DNA of 64,000 nucleotides from Octopus sinensis (Eukaryota): NCBI RefSeq assembly GCF_006345805.1, contig NC_043006.1, positions 44,764,001 to 44,828,000 of the forward strand, read 5' to 3'. Shown piece by piece: positions 50,250 to 62,986 of this stretch (position 1 is its first letter; each line of letters starts with the position of its first letter). The notes under the pieces were generated by a model. It saw only the letters and a program-made list of their open reading frames with translations, ran no database searches and was not told where the DNA came from. The position numbers and the translations under genes were made by a program.

Positions 50250-53150
50250 GCTATTTGGTGCATGAGAGAGTTCGATGCAGCTGCCCTCATCTGCCCCACT
50301 GCCGTGAAGTTGGTTCATCTGGGACACCTGACAGGAAGAGATCCAGCTTCATTTTAAAGACATCTGTATCCACCCCATGCAGGTCTCTCAGGTTCTTCGG
50401 GAGGATATTGAAGAGCTGTGGGCCTCGGAAGCCCAGGCTATCACAGAATCTTGTCCTACATCTTGATGGCAAGTTTGGAGTCCTAGGCACCACGCAGTGG
50501 CGCCCAGTTCTGGCATTTGCGTAACTCTCGATGCCAAAGTTCAGGACACTTCCTCCAGGATCTTCCAGATGTATATTATGGCATATCTTTCCCGCCTACG
50601 CTCCAGGGAATATAATTTTAATTTTTTGAGTCTTTCCCAGTAGCTTACATTCTGCATAGAGGCTATCTTCTTCGTGTAGCTACGTTGGATCGCCTCGAGC
50701 TCTGTGATCAACTTGACACTGGATGGTGACCATAACTGAGAGCAGTAGTCAAAGTGGCTTAGGACAAGTGTCCTCCAGAGGACCATCATGGTTTCTTGTT
50801 CTCTTGTTCTAAAGGTTCTGAGGATCCATCCGGCCAGTCGTCTACATTTCATTGCCAATTTAGCAACATGTACACGAAAGGTCGCGTCATCACTCATGTA
50901 AATACCTAGGTCACGCACTGATTGTGCCTCTGGGATTGCTATTCCTCCGGGTCCAGTGTATTCATTGGGTATTGCATTTAGTTTTGCATGCTGATAGTAT
51001 AGAGCTTGAAACTTTTCAGCATTGAACTGCATGCTATTCTTTTCGGCCCACTTGTATATTTTGTCTAGCTCACATTGCAGGTGTTTAGTGTCCTCAGGGT
51101 TCTGTATTGCCTGTGAAACTTTTGTATCATCTGCATAACTTGTGATCGTGGCTCTCTGTGTGGCTGAGGGCATGTCTGAGAGGGCCATTATGAACAGTAG
51201 TGGTCCCAGAACAGTGCCCTGCGGAACACCGCTCACTATTTGCGTGTTAATGGAAGTGGCCCCATTGGCCACTACCACCTGACTTCTATCTTTCAGAAAG
51301 TCATGAAGCCATTCTCCCAGTTTTCCAACTATGTTGAGATCACGCAGTTTGTGACATATCATTCCATGATCGACTTTATCAAAGGTCTTTGCAAAGTCGA
51401 GATATATCACTTCCACATTTGAGTGGTTGAGCAGCCGTTTCAGCACCCAGTCATAGTGTTGTAGGAGCTGAGTTAAACAGCTTCTCCCTGGTCGGAAACC
51501 ATGTTGGGTGTCGGACAGCAAGTCATTTTCTTCAAGGAAGGTGATCAGCTTCCTTCTGACTATTCGTTCCATGACCTTGCTGATGTGTGAGGTCAGAGAG
51601 ATAGGTCTATAGTTCTTGGCTTCCGCTCTGCTACCTCCTTTATGAATGGGGCATATTTTACCTTCCTTCAGTTTTCTTGGAAGTTTGCCAGCTGCAAGGA
51701 AGCTCTGAAAGAGGAACTGCAGTGGTCTTGCTAGGACTCTCTTACATGCTTTTAGGAGGATTGCCGGGAATCCATCGGGGCCAGTAGCTGAGTCTGTTTT
51801 CATTTCATCTATAGCCTTGATTACATCGTCTTCCTTTATATCGATGTAATCTATCGTCGCCGCCTCTGATTTTATATCTGCAGTGGTAAAAAAGTCAGTT
51901 GGATTGGTGATTTGGAGATGCCCAAGGGGTGGAGTGAAAACACTCTTGAATTGCTCATTCAGTATTTCACTTACCCTCAATGGTTTTCCTGTAAGTGTGC
52001 CATCCTTTTCGAGGAGTGGCCCTATTCTACAGTGCACCGTAGCTGTTTCTTTGGCATACCTGTAGAAAGCTCTGGGGTTAGATTTTATGTTGTCTATAGC
52101 CCAGGCTTCTTTGTCTGCTCTTCCTTTTCATGGGAGAGTTTCAGACATTTTCGATTTCCAGTTTTATTTTTAGGCGGGACTTTTCACTGCTTTCAATCTG
52201 TTTGTTTAGGCGATTTGAAAATTTTGTACGCCGTCTCATTAGAATTTTCCTTTCTCTGGGGATTTTGTTCTTGTGTACAGTGGCCTTCCTCTCTGGGACA
52301 TATTTGTAGCATAGGGCTTGCATTACAGACATGAATTGTTGAAGTTTCACGTCGATGTCTGGCGAGGAGAGACATTTAGGCCAGTTTTGTTTGAGGATCT
52401 CTTTCTCAATTTGTTTCCAGTTTGTCTTATGGTAGTTCAAGCTGGAAAGATTCTGGGGGTTTCTTGTAGGCTGCATGTCCGTGCTCTCTTTTGGCCCGTA
52501 CATGGTCAGCTCTATCATGTTGTGATCCGAGAGTAGTGTCGGTGTCACTTTCACATTATGGATGAGATCCATGTCATTTGTGAAGCAGAGATCCAGTGTG
52601 TTACCTGCCCTGGTTGGTTGGAGTATTACCTGCTCCATGTACAGGGTGTTGATGAGTTTCAGGAGGGACCTCGCCTGTCCTCGTTCACATCTTGTCATTC
52701 CTGGGAGAGAAAGGCCCTCGGGCCACCTGACATTTGGCAGATTGAAGTCTCCCATAAGAAGTACACTTATGTGTTGTTCTAATGTGGTTAGAACTTCTTC
52801 TATTTTTATAAGGCAGTCTTCAAACTTGCCCACATGGCTTGGGGCATCTGGAGGGCGATATGTAGCACACACAACTACATCAAGTTGCCTAATATGTACA
52901 ATTAGTGTGTCACACACCGAGTTTGAGTATGACAAGAGGACCTGGGGGGTGTGAGGTCCTCACGGATGTACATAGCAACACCTCCATGACTCCTTTCTTT
53001 CCTGTCGGTCCGTAGTACAGCATACTGTGGTATGTGTAACTCCGCATCTGCTATATCCGGTTTCAGGTGCGTTTCCGTTAGTGCTATGCATAAGGCTTGA
53101 TTGCATGCAACAAAATCTCTCAGGAACGGGATTTTTGTCCTATTACTGAG
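50250..53150 (-). pseudogene. LINE ORF2 (AP endonuclease and reverse transcriptase), broken by about three frameshifts
   Basis: Consecutive ORFs in the track join into one APE-RT protein. Breaks near 52940, 52140 and 50545. Confidence 0.9.
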
Positions 53151-53170
53151 TGTTTGCAGTCATCTGATGT

Positions 53171-53569
53171 TCAGTAGGAGCATCGAGGTGAGGTGTACGT
53201 TGTTGCCGGTGGTGTCCATCCTGGGTCTGTTTGCTGTGGTGGTGGTCTGGTATATAGTGGGTAGTCCCACCTGCGGGCTTGGGTTTGATGAAGCCAGGTC
53301 AGCTGCTGTACAATCTTTTGTGCCATGCACAAAAAAGATTGTTGCTCAGCAGCTGCCCTTTCGACAACATCATGTTGGTGGTTTGTGGCACGCACAACAT
53401 CTGCGTACCTCCGCTTTGGGGCAAGTGGTGCGTGGTCCATCCCTTTTCCTTGTGTTGATGGTTTGTCCATCTGCCTCGTGTCTCTGTGGCAGGGTCCCCG
53501 ATGTGCAAAGCGGCAGCCTGCACCTTCCTTTCCATGCCAGCAGGAACCTCTCAGGTAGAACCTACACAC
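53171..53569 (-). pseudogene. Probable LINE ORF1 remnant with CCCH-type zinc finger
   Basis: CRFYLRGSCWHGKEGAGCRFAH (C-x7-C-x8-C-x3-H) lies directly upstream of ORF2 on the same strand. Confidence 0.6.
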
Positions 53570-54972
53570 CCGTGTGCGCTGTAAATGTAAAGTCGACCTT
53601 GGTGGAATTGGAACTTAGAACCAAACGCTGTTATGGATTTTGCTTGATACGCTAACGATTCTGCCAGCTTGCCACCATATAGGAAAAATAGAAATTGAAA
53701 ATGCATTGAGAATAGTTAAATTGAATTGTTTTGATTTGCTTAAACTTAGTATTTCAATTCGTTGTTTTAATTCTCCAGCGTTTCAGGTTTTAAATAGGTA
53801 AGTATATTTTATATATCAAACACAATTCAGGCATTTTGCGCACTAGCCGTCGTGACATCAATTTGAAGAAATCTACCCCAAAATGTAAAATTTCGTCATT
53901 TTATGCACATGCACAAAAAGGACGTCAACACGGGTTCGCTACCAGACTCTGCTCATTTCTTCGTCAAATTGGTCCTACCCATTAAAATAGATTTAAAATG
54001 TTTCATGGCAATAAACAGACATCTTATTAACAGTAATTTATTTAGCATCGTTTTGATTTGCTAAAACTTATTTCAATTCGTTGTTTTAATTCCCTAGCGT
54101 TTCAGACTTTAAATAGGGAAGTGCATCTTATTTCTCAAGTATTTGCGTTAAGCTACTACATGTACCTTAACCCTTATAGAAGGTTCAAGATCTTATATCA
54201 GGGAATATTCGAGGGGATAAGACAGGGGATATTCTCATGTGAGCCTTAACTCACTTATCCACAATATCACACATGCAAAAGGGATTTTAGTTCTTAGGTT
54301 GGATAACCCGTGTTATTTTGTCAAAATACGAAATATATGATATGTGGTTTTAACACCCTAACTTGAATGGATTTCGTACACGGAAACTGAAAGAAAACTA
54401 TCGTATATATGTGTATATTTCTCTGTGCGTGTGTCTGTGCTTGTATCCCCACCATTGCTTGACAACCGATGTTGCTGTGTTTACGTTTCCATAACTTAGC
54501 GGTTCCGCAAAAGACTCTAATAGAAGTACTAGATCCTGTGGTCGATTTGGCCGAGCAACGGCGGTGCCCCAGCATGGCCGCAGTCACATGATTGAAACAA
54601 GTAAAAACTATGCCATTTTAATCCCGAGCAAGGCCGAGTATCTCTCTGCTAGTTATATATATATATATATACATACCTAATACATACATGCATATATATA
54701 TATGCATATACATATATATATATATGTTCGAATTAGCCGGAACGTATTAAATAGTAAACATCAAAGATATCCTTGAAGGAAAGACACTCCTCGTTGTAGT
54801 TTGTTGAGAGATATGAAATCCTTAAATTATTGAAATAAGATGCTAATATATTCATAAAGAAGTCAGTTTAACTATAGAAAATTTTAAAACATAATACATC
54901 TCTTATAATCAAATGAATAAAACGTGTTTAATGCTGTCCTACACATAAACTATATTATTTTCTTTATTCCTC

Positions 54973-55029
<57 letters not shown>

Positions 55030-55031
55030 CA

Positions 55032-55110
<79 letters not shown>

Positions 55111-55138
55111 ATTTGCAGCTAGTTGACTCTCCTTTTAC

Positions 55139-55253
55139 TGAAATTTGCTGAAATCTGAACACTCCCTCTGCTGACTTGCAAAGCTTTGTCTCCCATACAA
55201 CTGCGTTTCTTCCTTCCATGGTTAAATAAAAGTCTATTTCTTGTGTACCAGAA
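55139..55253 (-). CDS. Candidate coding exon 2, copy c (unknown secreted or membrane protein)
   Basis: Acceptor TTTTTTTCCCACTCATCTTCCCACTAG, donor GTAAAA, open frame (S)[38 protein letters not shown]. The phase-2 start fits the exon at 59345. Confidence 0.5.
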
Positions 55254-55446
55254 CTAGTGGGAAGATGAGTGGGAAAAAAATCTGAGGGATAAGCGCGTAC
55301 GCACACGCACACCTAGTTAGGGAGAACTAAAATGGAATTCAATCTGCTACCGGCATGCAGACCTTGCATTTCCGGTTTTAATACTACTGTATGAAAAATA
55401 AATTTTGGATTCTGGGCTCTATACTCTTGCCTTCTTTCCTAAACTC

Positions 55447-55494
<48 letters not shown>

Positions 55495-55519
55495 ACACTG
55501 ACACACACTGACACACACT

Positions 55520-55586
<67 letters not shown>

Positions 55587-55614
55587 ATTTGCAGCTAGTT
55601 GACTCTCCTTTTAC

Positions 55615-55729
55615 TGAAATTTGCTGAAATCTGAACACTCCCTCTGCTGACTTGCAAAGCTTTGTCTCCCATACAACTGCGTTTCTTCCTTCCATGGTTA
55701 AATAAAAGTCTATTTCTTGTGTACCAGAA
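55615..55729 (-). CDS. Candidate coding exon 2, copy b
   Basis: Same splice signals and peptide as 55139-55253. Confidence 0.5.
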
Positions 55730-55940
55730 CTAGTGGGAAGATGAGTGGGAAAAAAATCTGAGGGATAAGCGCGTACGCACACGCACACCTAGTTAGGGAG
55801 AACAGTAGACAAAGAGAACTAAAATGGAATTCAATCTGCTACCGGCATGCAGACCTTGCATTTCCGGTTTTAATACTACTGTATGAAAAATAAATTTTGA
55901 TTCTGGGCTCTATACTCTTGCCTTCTTTCCTAAACTCTAA

Positions 55941-56012
<72 letters not shown>

Positions 56013-56042
56013 ACACTGACACACACTGACAACACTGACACA

Positions 56043-56080
<38 letters not shown>

Positions 56081-56108
56081 ATTTGCAGCTAGTTGACTCT
56101 CCTTTTAC

Positions 56109-56223
56109 TGAAATTTGCTGAAATCTGAACACTCCCTCTGCTGATTTGCAAAGCTTTGTCTCCCATACAACTGCGTTTCTTCCTTCCATGGTTAAATAAA
56201 AGTCTATTTCTTGTGTACCAGAA
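56109..56223 (-). CDS. Candidate coding exon 2, copy a
   Basis: Same splice signals and peptide, with one synonymous change (Lys AAG to AAA). Confidence 0.5.
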
Positions 56224-56448
56224 CTAGTGGGAAGATGAGTGGGAAAAAAATCTGAGGGATAAGCGCGTACGCACACGCACACCTAGTGAGGGAGAACTAA
56301 AGAGAACTAAAATTGAATTCAATCTGCTACCGGCATGCAGACCTTGCATTTCCGGTTTTAATACTACTGTATGAAAAATAAATTTTGATTCTGGGCTCTA
56401 TACTCTTGCCTTCTTTCCTAAACTCTAACACACACACACACACATACA

Positions 56449-56483
<35 letters not shown>

Positions 56484-56534
56484 ACACACACACACACTCA
56501 CACACACTCACACACACTCACACACACTCATACA

Positions 56535-56575
<41 letters not shown>

Positions 56576-56626
56576 ATACACTCACACACACACACACTCA
56601 CACACACACACACACACACTCATACA

Positions 56627-56679
<53 letters not shown>

Positions 56680-56794
56680 CAGCCTTCTAGTTAAATTTGA
56701 AAACTTTCATAAAAAGAAAAGAAAGCACAATATCCCATCCCAAAATGAAAGTATCAAATAAAAAGATATAAAAAATATAAAGTAAATTATGGTT

Positions 56795-57000
56795 GGAAGT
56801 AGCTGCAGTCATCTTCTACCACAGCTTCAAGACGGCTCCGGAACCCGGCGCACCTACCTACCCACCTACCTACATACCTACTTACCTACCTACCTACTTC
56901 GAACGCCTTGATCTTAACCACCAGTTCGGCCTTGATGTTGCAGGTAGAGCGGTGAAAATCTTTGTCGACTGCACCACACACATAGTAATCCGTGAGAAGC
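56795..57000 (-). mobile_element. DD37D (maT-type) transposase C-terminal relic interrupted by (TACC)n
   Basis: LTDYYVCGAVDK...CNIKAELVVKIK and RFRSRLEAVVE, homologous to ORF 12198-12533. Confidence 0.7.
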
Positions 57001-57257
57001 TTTGACTGAGGAAATATATAATAACGTCGAAATACCACGATTTCAAAGTTACTTTACATCAACGAATCACGAGTATTATTAACAACCATCGCCTAGAGGA
57101 GATAGGTGTATTCTGATAATGAAAAACAATACCGATCAGCATAATCACGTTCGAATTTGCTGAAAACATAGAGAGTGAACAGATACACTATTCTTTGAGT
57201 TCTCCATATTCTGCATCTACCTCATCGCGCGTGTGCACACATAAACATATATAAGTA

Positions 57258-57333
<76 letters not shown>

Positions 57334-57707
57334 GTAGAGACGCAATAGCTCAGTGGTTAGGGCAGCGGACTCGCAGTCGTAGGATCGTGGTTTCGATTCC
57401 CAGACCGGGCATTGTGAGTGTTTATTGAGTGAAAACACTTAAAGCTCCACGAAGCTCCGGCAGGGGATGGTGGTGAACCCTGCTGTACTCTTTCACCACA
57501 ACTTTCTCTCACTTTTTCTTCCTGTTTCTGTTGTACCTGTATTTTCAAAGGGCCAGTCTTGTCACACTCAGTGTCACGCTGAATCTCCCCGAGAACTACG
57601 TTAAGGGTACACGTGTCTGTAGAGTGCTCAGCTACTTGCACGTTAATTTCACGAGCTGGCTGTTCCGTTGATTGGATCAACTGGAGCCCTCGTCGTAACC
57701 GACGGAA
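57334..57707 (+). mobile_element. SINE head B with tail W, between (CTAT)n tracts
   Basis: Homologous to 42219-42600. Confidence 0.9.
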
Positions 57708-57720
57708 TGATGTGATAGTA

Positions 57721-57778
<58 letters not shown>

Positions 57779-57847
57779 ATCTATCTATCTACCTACCTGT
57801 CTGTCTGTCTGTCTGTCTGTCTGCCTGTCTGTCTGTCTAGCTAGCTG

Positions 57848-57995
57848 TACGAGGGTGTGCTGAAAAGTTCCTGAAAAGTTGAACGACCGCTTCAATAAGT
57901 GTGTGAATCTGAGAGTGGAATATGTTGAATAAAATCATAATTAACTGTTCCTCCTGTATTTTCTTTTATCTAAAGACTGGAAATATGCAGCCCCC
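57848..57995 (+). mobile_element. Heavily deleted mariner (MITE-sized)
   Basis: TIR TACGAGGGTGTGCTGAAAAGTTCC is followed directly by transposase C-terminal sequence (GAATATGTTGAATAA). Confidence 0.6.
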
Positions 57996-58025
57996 CCACC
58001 CCCTCATATATAAGTATGTATGTGT

Positions 58026-58282
58026 ATGCATAGTTGGCCAGAAGTCACATGACAGTAAATCAAAACCCATTTAATTCCAAGATTAAAACAAAAAAACATT
58101 TTATACGAGACTTCTCTAATAAATAGACAAATGTTGAATAAAAAAAAAAAAGAAGAAACTGGGATTTTAACTCACAGCATTCAATTATTAATCATTCATA
58201 ATTGGAATGAATAAATAAAGTTGAATATTAAGTATTTATGAAATTTTGATTAACTGTCGGGCGACTTTTGGCCAATCCTGTA
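58026..58282. mobile_element. Tc1-like MITE
   Basis: Imperfect ~40-bp TIRs CATAGTTGGCCAGAAGTCACATGACAGTAAATCAAAA / TTTTGATTAACTGTCGGGCGACTTTTGGCCAATCCTGTA. A related left end is near 1565. Confidence 0.65.
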
Positions 58283-58289
58283 TATATGT

Positions 58290-58520
58290 GGGGGCGAGTG
58301 GATTACTGGTTAGGGTGTTTGTTTCATGATCGTATGATTGTAGTTTCAATTCATGGGCTGGGTGATGTGTTATGTTCTTGGGCAAAACTCTTCGTTTCAT
58401 GTTGCTCCAGTTCAGTCAGCTGGAAAGAACGAGTAATCCTGAAACAGACCGGTGTCCCGTCCAGGCTTCACGGAAACCAGGAAACCGACTCTATGAGTCT
58501 ATATGACTTGGAGAGGTTGT
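58290..58520 (+). mobile_element. Diverged SINE head C with tail Y
   Basis: GTTCTTGGGCAAAACTCTT...GCTCCAGTTCAGTCAGCTGG then GACCGGTGTCCCGTCCAG...GAAACCAGGAAACCG. Confidence 0.6.
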
Positions 58521-58540
58521 TTATTCTTTCTTCCTTATCC

Positions 58541-58571
<31 letters not shown>

Positions 58572-58584
58572 TATATATTATATA

Positions 58585-58654
<70 letters not shown>

Positions 58655-58659
58655 GTGTG

Positions 58660-58915
58660 TGTGTTGAAAAAGATTAGAGATCTAAAAAACATTATTATAT
58701 AAAGAAAATATTACCGGTTCAATGAATCTCATTTTATCAAATAGTAAAAATTTGGGGGTCAAGACATGTTCTTAGCCCCCCACCCAGCCCCACAGACAGA
58801 AGATAAACTGTTTTTACTTCAAATTTTTATAAATCTTTACTGACATTTGTTAAGATGAGGTTCAGCAAAACCGGTAATATTTTCGTTATATAATAATTTT
58901 AAAAAATCATTTTTA
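58660..58915. repeat. AT-rich fold-back next to (TG)n
   Basis: ATTATATAAAGAAAATATTACCGGTT / AACCGGTAATATTTTCGTTATATAAT, plus an inner imperfect arm. Confidence 0.65.
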
Positions 58916-58979
58916 TTAAATTCCCTCTAGAAATTGAAATGTCTTCGCCTTACTTCTGTGCTATATCCACTTCCATCTG

Positions 58980-59085
58980 TTATATATATATATATATACA
59001 TACATATATATATATAGATATTATATATATATATATATAATATATATAATAATATAATATATTATATATATATATAGTATATATA

Positions 59086-59140
<55 letters not shown>

Positions 59141-59141
59141 A

Positions 59142-59172
<31 letters not shown>

Positions 59173-59175
59173 ATG

Positions 59176-59225
<50 letters not shown>

Positions 59226-59277
59226 GCATATATATATAGATATATATATATATTATATCTATATATATATATATATG

Positions 59278-59334
<57 letters not shown>

Positions 59335-59340
59335 TATAGA
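58980..59340. repeat. Long interrupted (TA)n
   Basis: Direct reading of the sequence. Confidence 0.95.
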
Positions 59341-59344
59341 ATAC

Positions 59345-59403
59345 CTGCTGCTACAAGCATGTCTCTGAGCAATGAAGAGGAACAAAGATATATTAAATAT
59401 CAT
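59345..59403 (-). CDS. Candidate first coding exon encoding a signal-peptide-like N-terminus
   Basis: ATG at 59403 with an upstream in-frame TAA, peptide [19 protein letters not shown], donor CAG|GTATTC (phase 2). Upstream acceptor TTGTTTTGCCTTACCTAG at 59438 with a CTAAT branch point. Confidence 0.5.
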
Positions 59404-59918
59404 GAAAGAAAACTTCTTGATATATTTAAATTATCTCCTAGGTAAGGCAAAACAATTGCCTGGTGGTAATTAGGTGCGACTCAAATGACAAGGGAAAATA
59501 GCCTGAAATATCAAGGATTTACCAAAATTGTTTGTCAGTTAGTTAGGAAGTGAACAGAGAAAGAATTCTCGAGAAAAATCGAGGAACAGAGAAAGCTCGA
59601 GAAAAAAGAAAGAAAAAATGATATGAGGTGAAAAAATAAGAAAACCAGTGGAAGAGTGTAAAAAGAAGGTGTGAGAGGGAAAATGAAAAAGAGCAGGTAA
59701 GAATAGTAAACAAAAGAAAGAGTGAGAAAGAAAGTGGAAGGGTATGTGTATATGTGTGTGTGTGTGTGTGAGAGAGTGAGTGAGAGAGAGAGAGTGAAAG
59801 ACAGAGAGAAAGAGAAAGATATAGTGAGAGAGAGAGAGAGAGTGAAAGAAAGAGAGAAAGAGAAAGATATAGTGAGAGAGAGAGAGAGAGTGAAAGAAAG
59901 AGAGAAAGAGAAAGATAT

Positions 59919-59952
<34 letters not shown>

Positions 59953-60163
59953 TGAGAGAGAGAATGAGGGCGAGTTAGAAGAAGAATAGAAAAGGTGACG
60001 GTAAGAGTGAGCGAGCGGAATAAAGAATTATAGAAAAAAAGAATAAAGAATTAAAGAGTGAGTGAGCGAGCGGGAGAAAAAGAAAAGGAAGGTGAGCAAT
60101 GTATAGGAGGAAAGGAAAGTGAAGTGTGAGAGGTAGTGTGAGCGATGACTATGAGAAAATGTA

Positions 60164-60216
60164 CGATTGGCTAAACAAAAATACTGAACAAAGCAAAGTT
60201 AAAACTAACCAATGAG
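60164..60216. promoter_or_regulatory. Pair of consensus NF-Y CCAAT boxes
   Basis: CGATTGGCT (reverse AGCCAATCG, 60164-60172) and AACCAATGAG (60207-60216) in non-repeat DNA just upstream of the candidate minus-strand gene. Confidence 0.45.
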
Positions 60217-60346
60217 AAGTTACTTCAATGGAAATCAAGTGAAGCTTGTAACATATCTTTGTGTTAGTCCTGCTCCAGGAGGGAGATCATACGCCACAGG
60301 TAGGAAAGTCTGCTCTTACATATATAGGTCAGCCTAAGGCAAAACA

Positions 60347-60424
<78 letters not shown>

Positions 60425-60895
60425 CACACATTCACATATACTTTTTCACACTATGTATGTAACATTAGCACGTAAATTATTGATTGTTTGAAATCCTGAT
60501 TATTATGAAGTATCAAATTAATTTCGTGATACCAAGAATACACCACACACACATGCACATACACACACACACTCACACATATTTATGTATACATACATAT
60601 ATGTTTGTGCTTATTTCTATCTATCTATCTATCTATATATACAGATATATACACGTACATGTATAAACAGTGTTATCCCTAAATAAACACACACACACAT
60701 ACATACACACACACACATACATACACACACACACATATATATATGTATGTATTGCGTATAAATTGCTTACATATGCGTGTGTACGAGTGCTTGTGTGTGT
60801 GTGTCTTTGTGTCTGACAACCGATGTTGGTGTGTTTACGTCCCCGTAATTTAGCGGTTCGGCGAAAGAGACCGATAGAATAAGTACTAAGCTTAC

Positions 60896-61245
<350 letters not shown>

Positions 61246-61701
61246 ATATTTTGCTATAAAATTGGATTCAATCCTAAATCTGATTTTTCCCTGTAAATTT
61301 GGATTTATTCCCTAATATTTATTATTATATGTATATATATATATATATCTATCTAAGTAAATCTCTCTGTATGCCCACATACAGACAACGTGCGCACCCT
61401 CACGCACGCGCACACAAAATGAGAAACTTTGACTGAAGTTTCAACTTTTAAGCCAGAGCACACAACTAATTGAACCAGAATCGGAAATAACATCAAATTT
61501 ACAGGGAAACAATTTGATGCAACGTTTTAAATCTGATTCCGCTTGATAAGTGTTCTAGCACGAAACTGTACGGGTTTCAGTAACTGGTGTACTTTCTTGA
61601 CGACAAATAAGACTCGATGACTACTTTATGTATTGGGGTTATATGGTTCGTTAAATAAATTTCTTTGTTAGGACATAATACATTATATATATATATATAT
61701 A

Positions 61702-62030
61702 TCGTCGTCGTCGTCGTTGTCGGAGTTTTATCGTATGTCCGATAATTTATTTGGTTTCTTCTTGACCACTTCTTGCCCTCTGTCCGTGTTCATGCATCTG
61801 ATGACGAATGAGGCCAATTCTTGCATGGAAGTGTCTGTTGCAAAGTTCACAAGGGATCCGTGATAGAGGCGTTGGTTGTTGCAGCCTCTATTTTCTTTCT
61901 TGCCGTTTCTCTCCCTCTTTCCTCTGGCGTTCAGCTTCAAAATGATTTGTCACAGAGGAAAAAGGATGATGCCAGCAGGTGTCTGTCTCGAGCTTCGATG
62001 TCACAGGCTTTGGGATCGATTCCAGTGAGA
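61702..62030 (-). mobile_element. RTE-clade LINE 3' fragment with C-terminal CCHH finger and (GAC)n tail
   Basis: GIDPKA.DIEARDR / FEAERQRKEGEKRQERK*...CELCNRHFHARIGLIRHQMH. The tail abuts (TA)n at 61701. Confidence 0.8.
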
Positions 62031-62519
62031 GATAAATAACATTTAATAAATGCAGTGTAAAGGTACGAGCTACTGTTAGTTTCATACTTTGGAGATGCAT
62101 TCTTGGTAGGTATTTATAACACGCCTTGTGTCTCCTGAAGATTGCTTGGAGATACAAGGATCAGCTGAAGTAAAGCCTAAAACATATTCTTTTATTCTTT
62201 TATTCATTTACTTGTTTCAATCCTTTAACTGCAGCCATGCTGGAGCATCGCCTTTAGTCGAACAGATCAACCCCAGGACTTATTCTTTGTAAGCTTAGTA
62301 CTTATTCTATCGGTCTCTTTCGCCGAACCGCTAAATTACGGGGACGTAAACACACCAACATCGGTTGTCAGACACAAAGACACACACACACAAGCACTCG
62401 TACACACGCATATGTAAGCAATTTATACGCAATACATACATATATATATGTGTGTATGTATGTGTGTGTGTTTATTTAGGGATAACACTGTTTATACATG
62501 TACGTGTATATATCTGTAT

Positions 62520-62596
<77 letters not shown>

Positions 62597-62752
62597 TACA
62601 TGCCTTGTGTCTCTTGAAGATTGCTTGGAGACACAAGGCGTGTTATAAAAAGTCTGCCTAGACTGCATCTCCAGTGTATGAAACCTACTAGTAGCTCGTA
62701 CTGAGCGCTGCTTCAATTTAAGTTTGGTTGTCGTAGATAAAAACACACACGC

Positions 62753-62866
<114 letters not shown>

Positions 62867-62929
62867 ATATGTATATATATTTGTATATATATATGTATAT
62901 ATATGTATATATATGTATATATATGTGTG

Positions 62930-62986
<57 letters not shown>

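Larger units (their letters stand above)
50137..53580 (-). mobile_element. CR1-clade LINE with ORF1 remnant, APE and RT; (AAATC)n tail
   Basis: APE motifs (IALTETHL, RTDRKERSHGGVAMYI, YRPP, MGDFNLP, NTLDLCF, LSDH) at ~52141-53150, RT at 50541-52037 (YADD), C-terminus at 50287-50493, tail at 50137-50158. Confidence 0.95.
54975..56696. repeat. Tandem triplication of a ~340-bp unique unit separated by (CA)n tracts
   Basis: Units at ~55110-55449, 55585-55940 and 56079-56428. They differ by small indels around GGGAGAAC and a few substitutions. Confidence 0.95.

Noticed and set aside
59790-59935. ERVKEREKEKDIVRE repeat peptide
   Set aside because: It is the translation of a 48-bp (GA)-rich tandem repeat, which lies in the presumed 5' UTR of the minus-strand gene.
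61821-62039. Plus-strand ORF with a signal-peptide-like stretch, apparent acceptor and CAAAATG start
   Set aside because: The minus strand matches an RTE ORF2 C-terminus with a zinc finger and (GAC)n tail. The hydrophobic and pyrimidine stretch is the antisense of its Lys/Arg/Glu-rich region.
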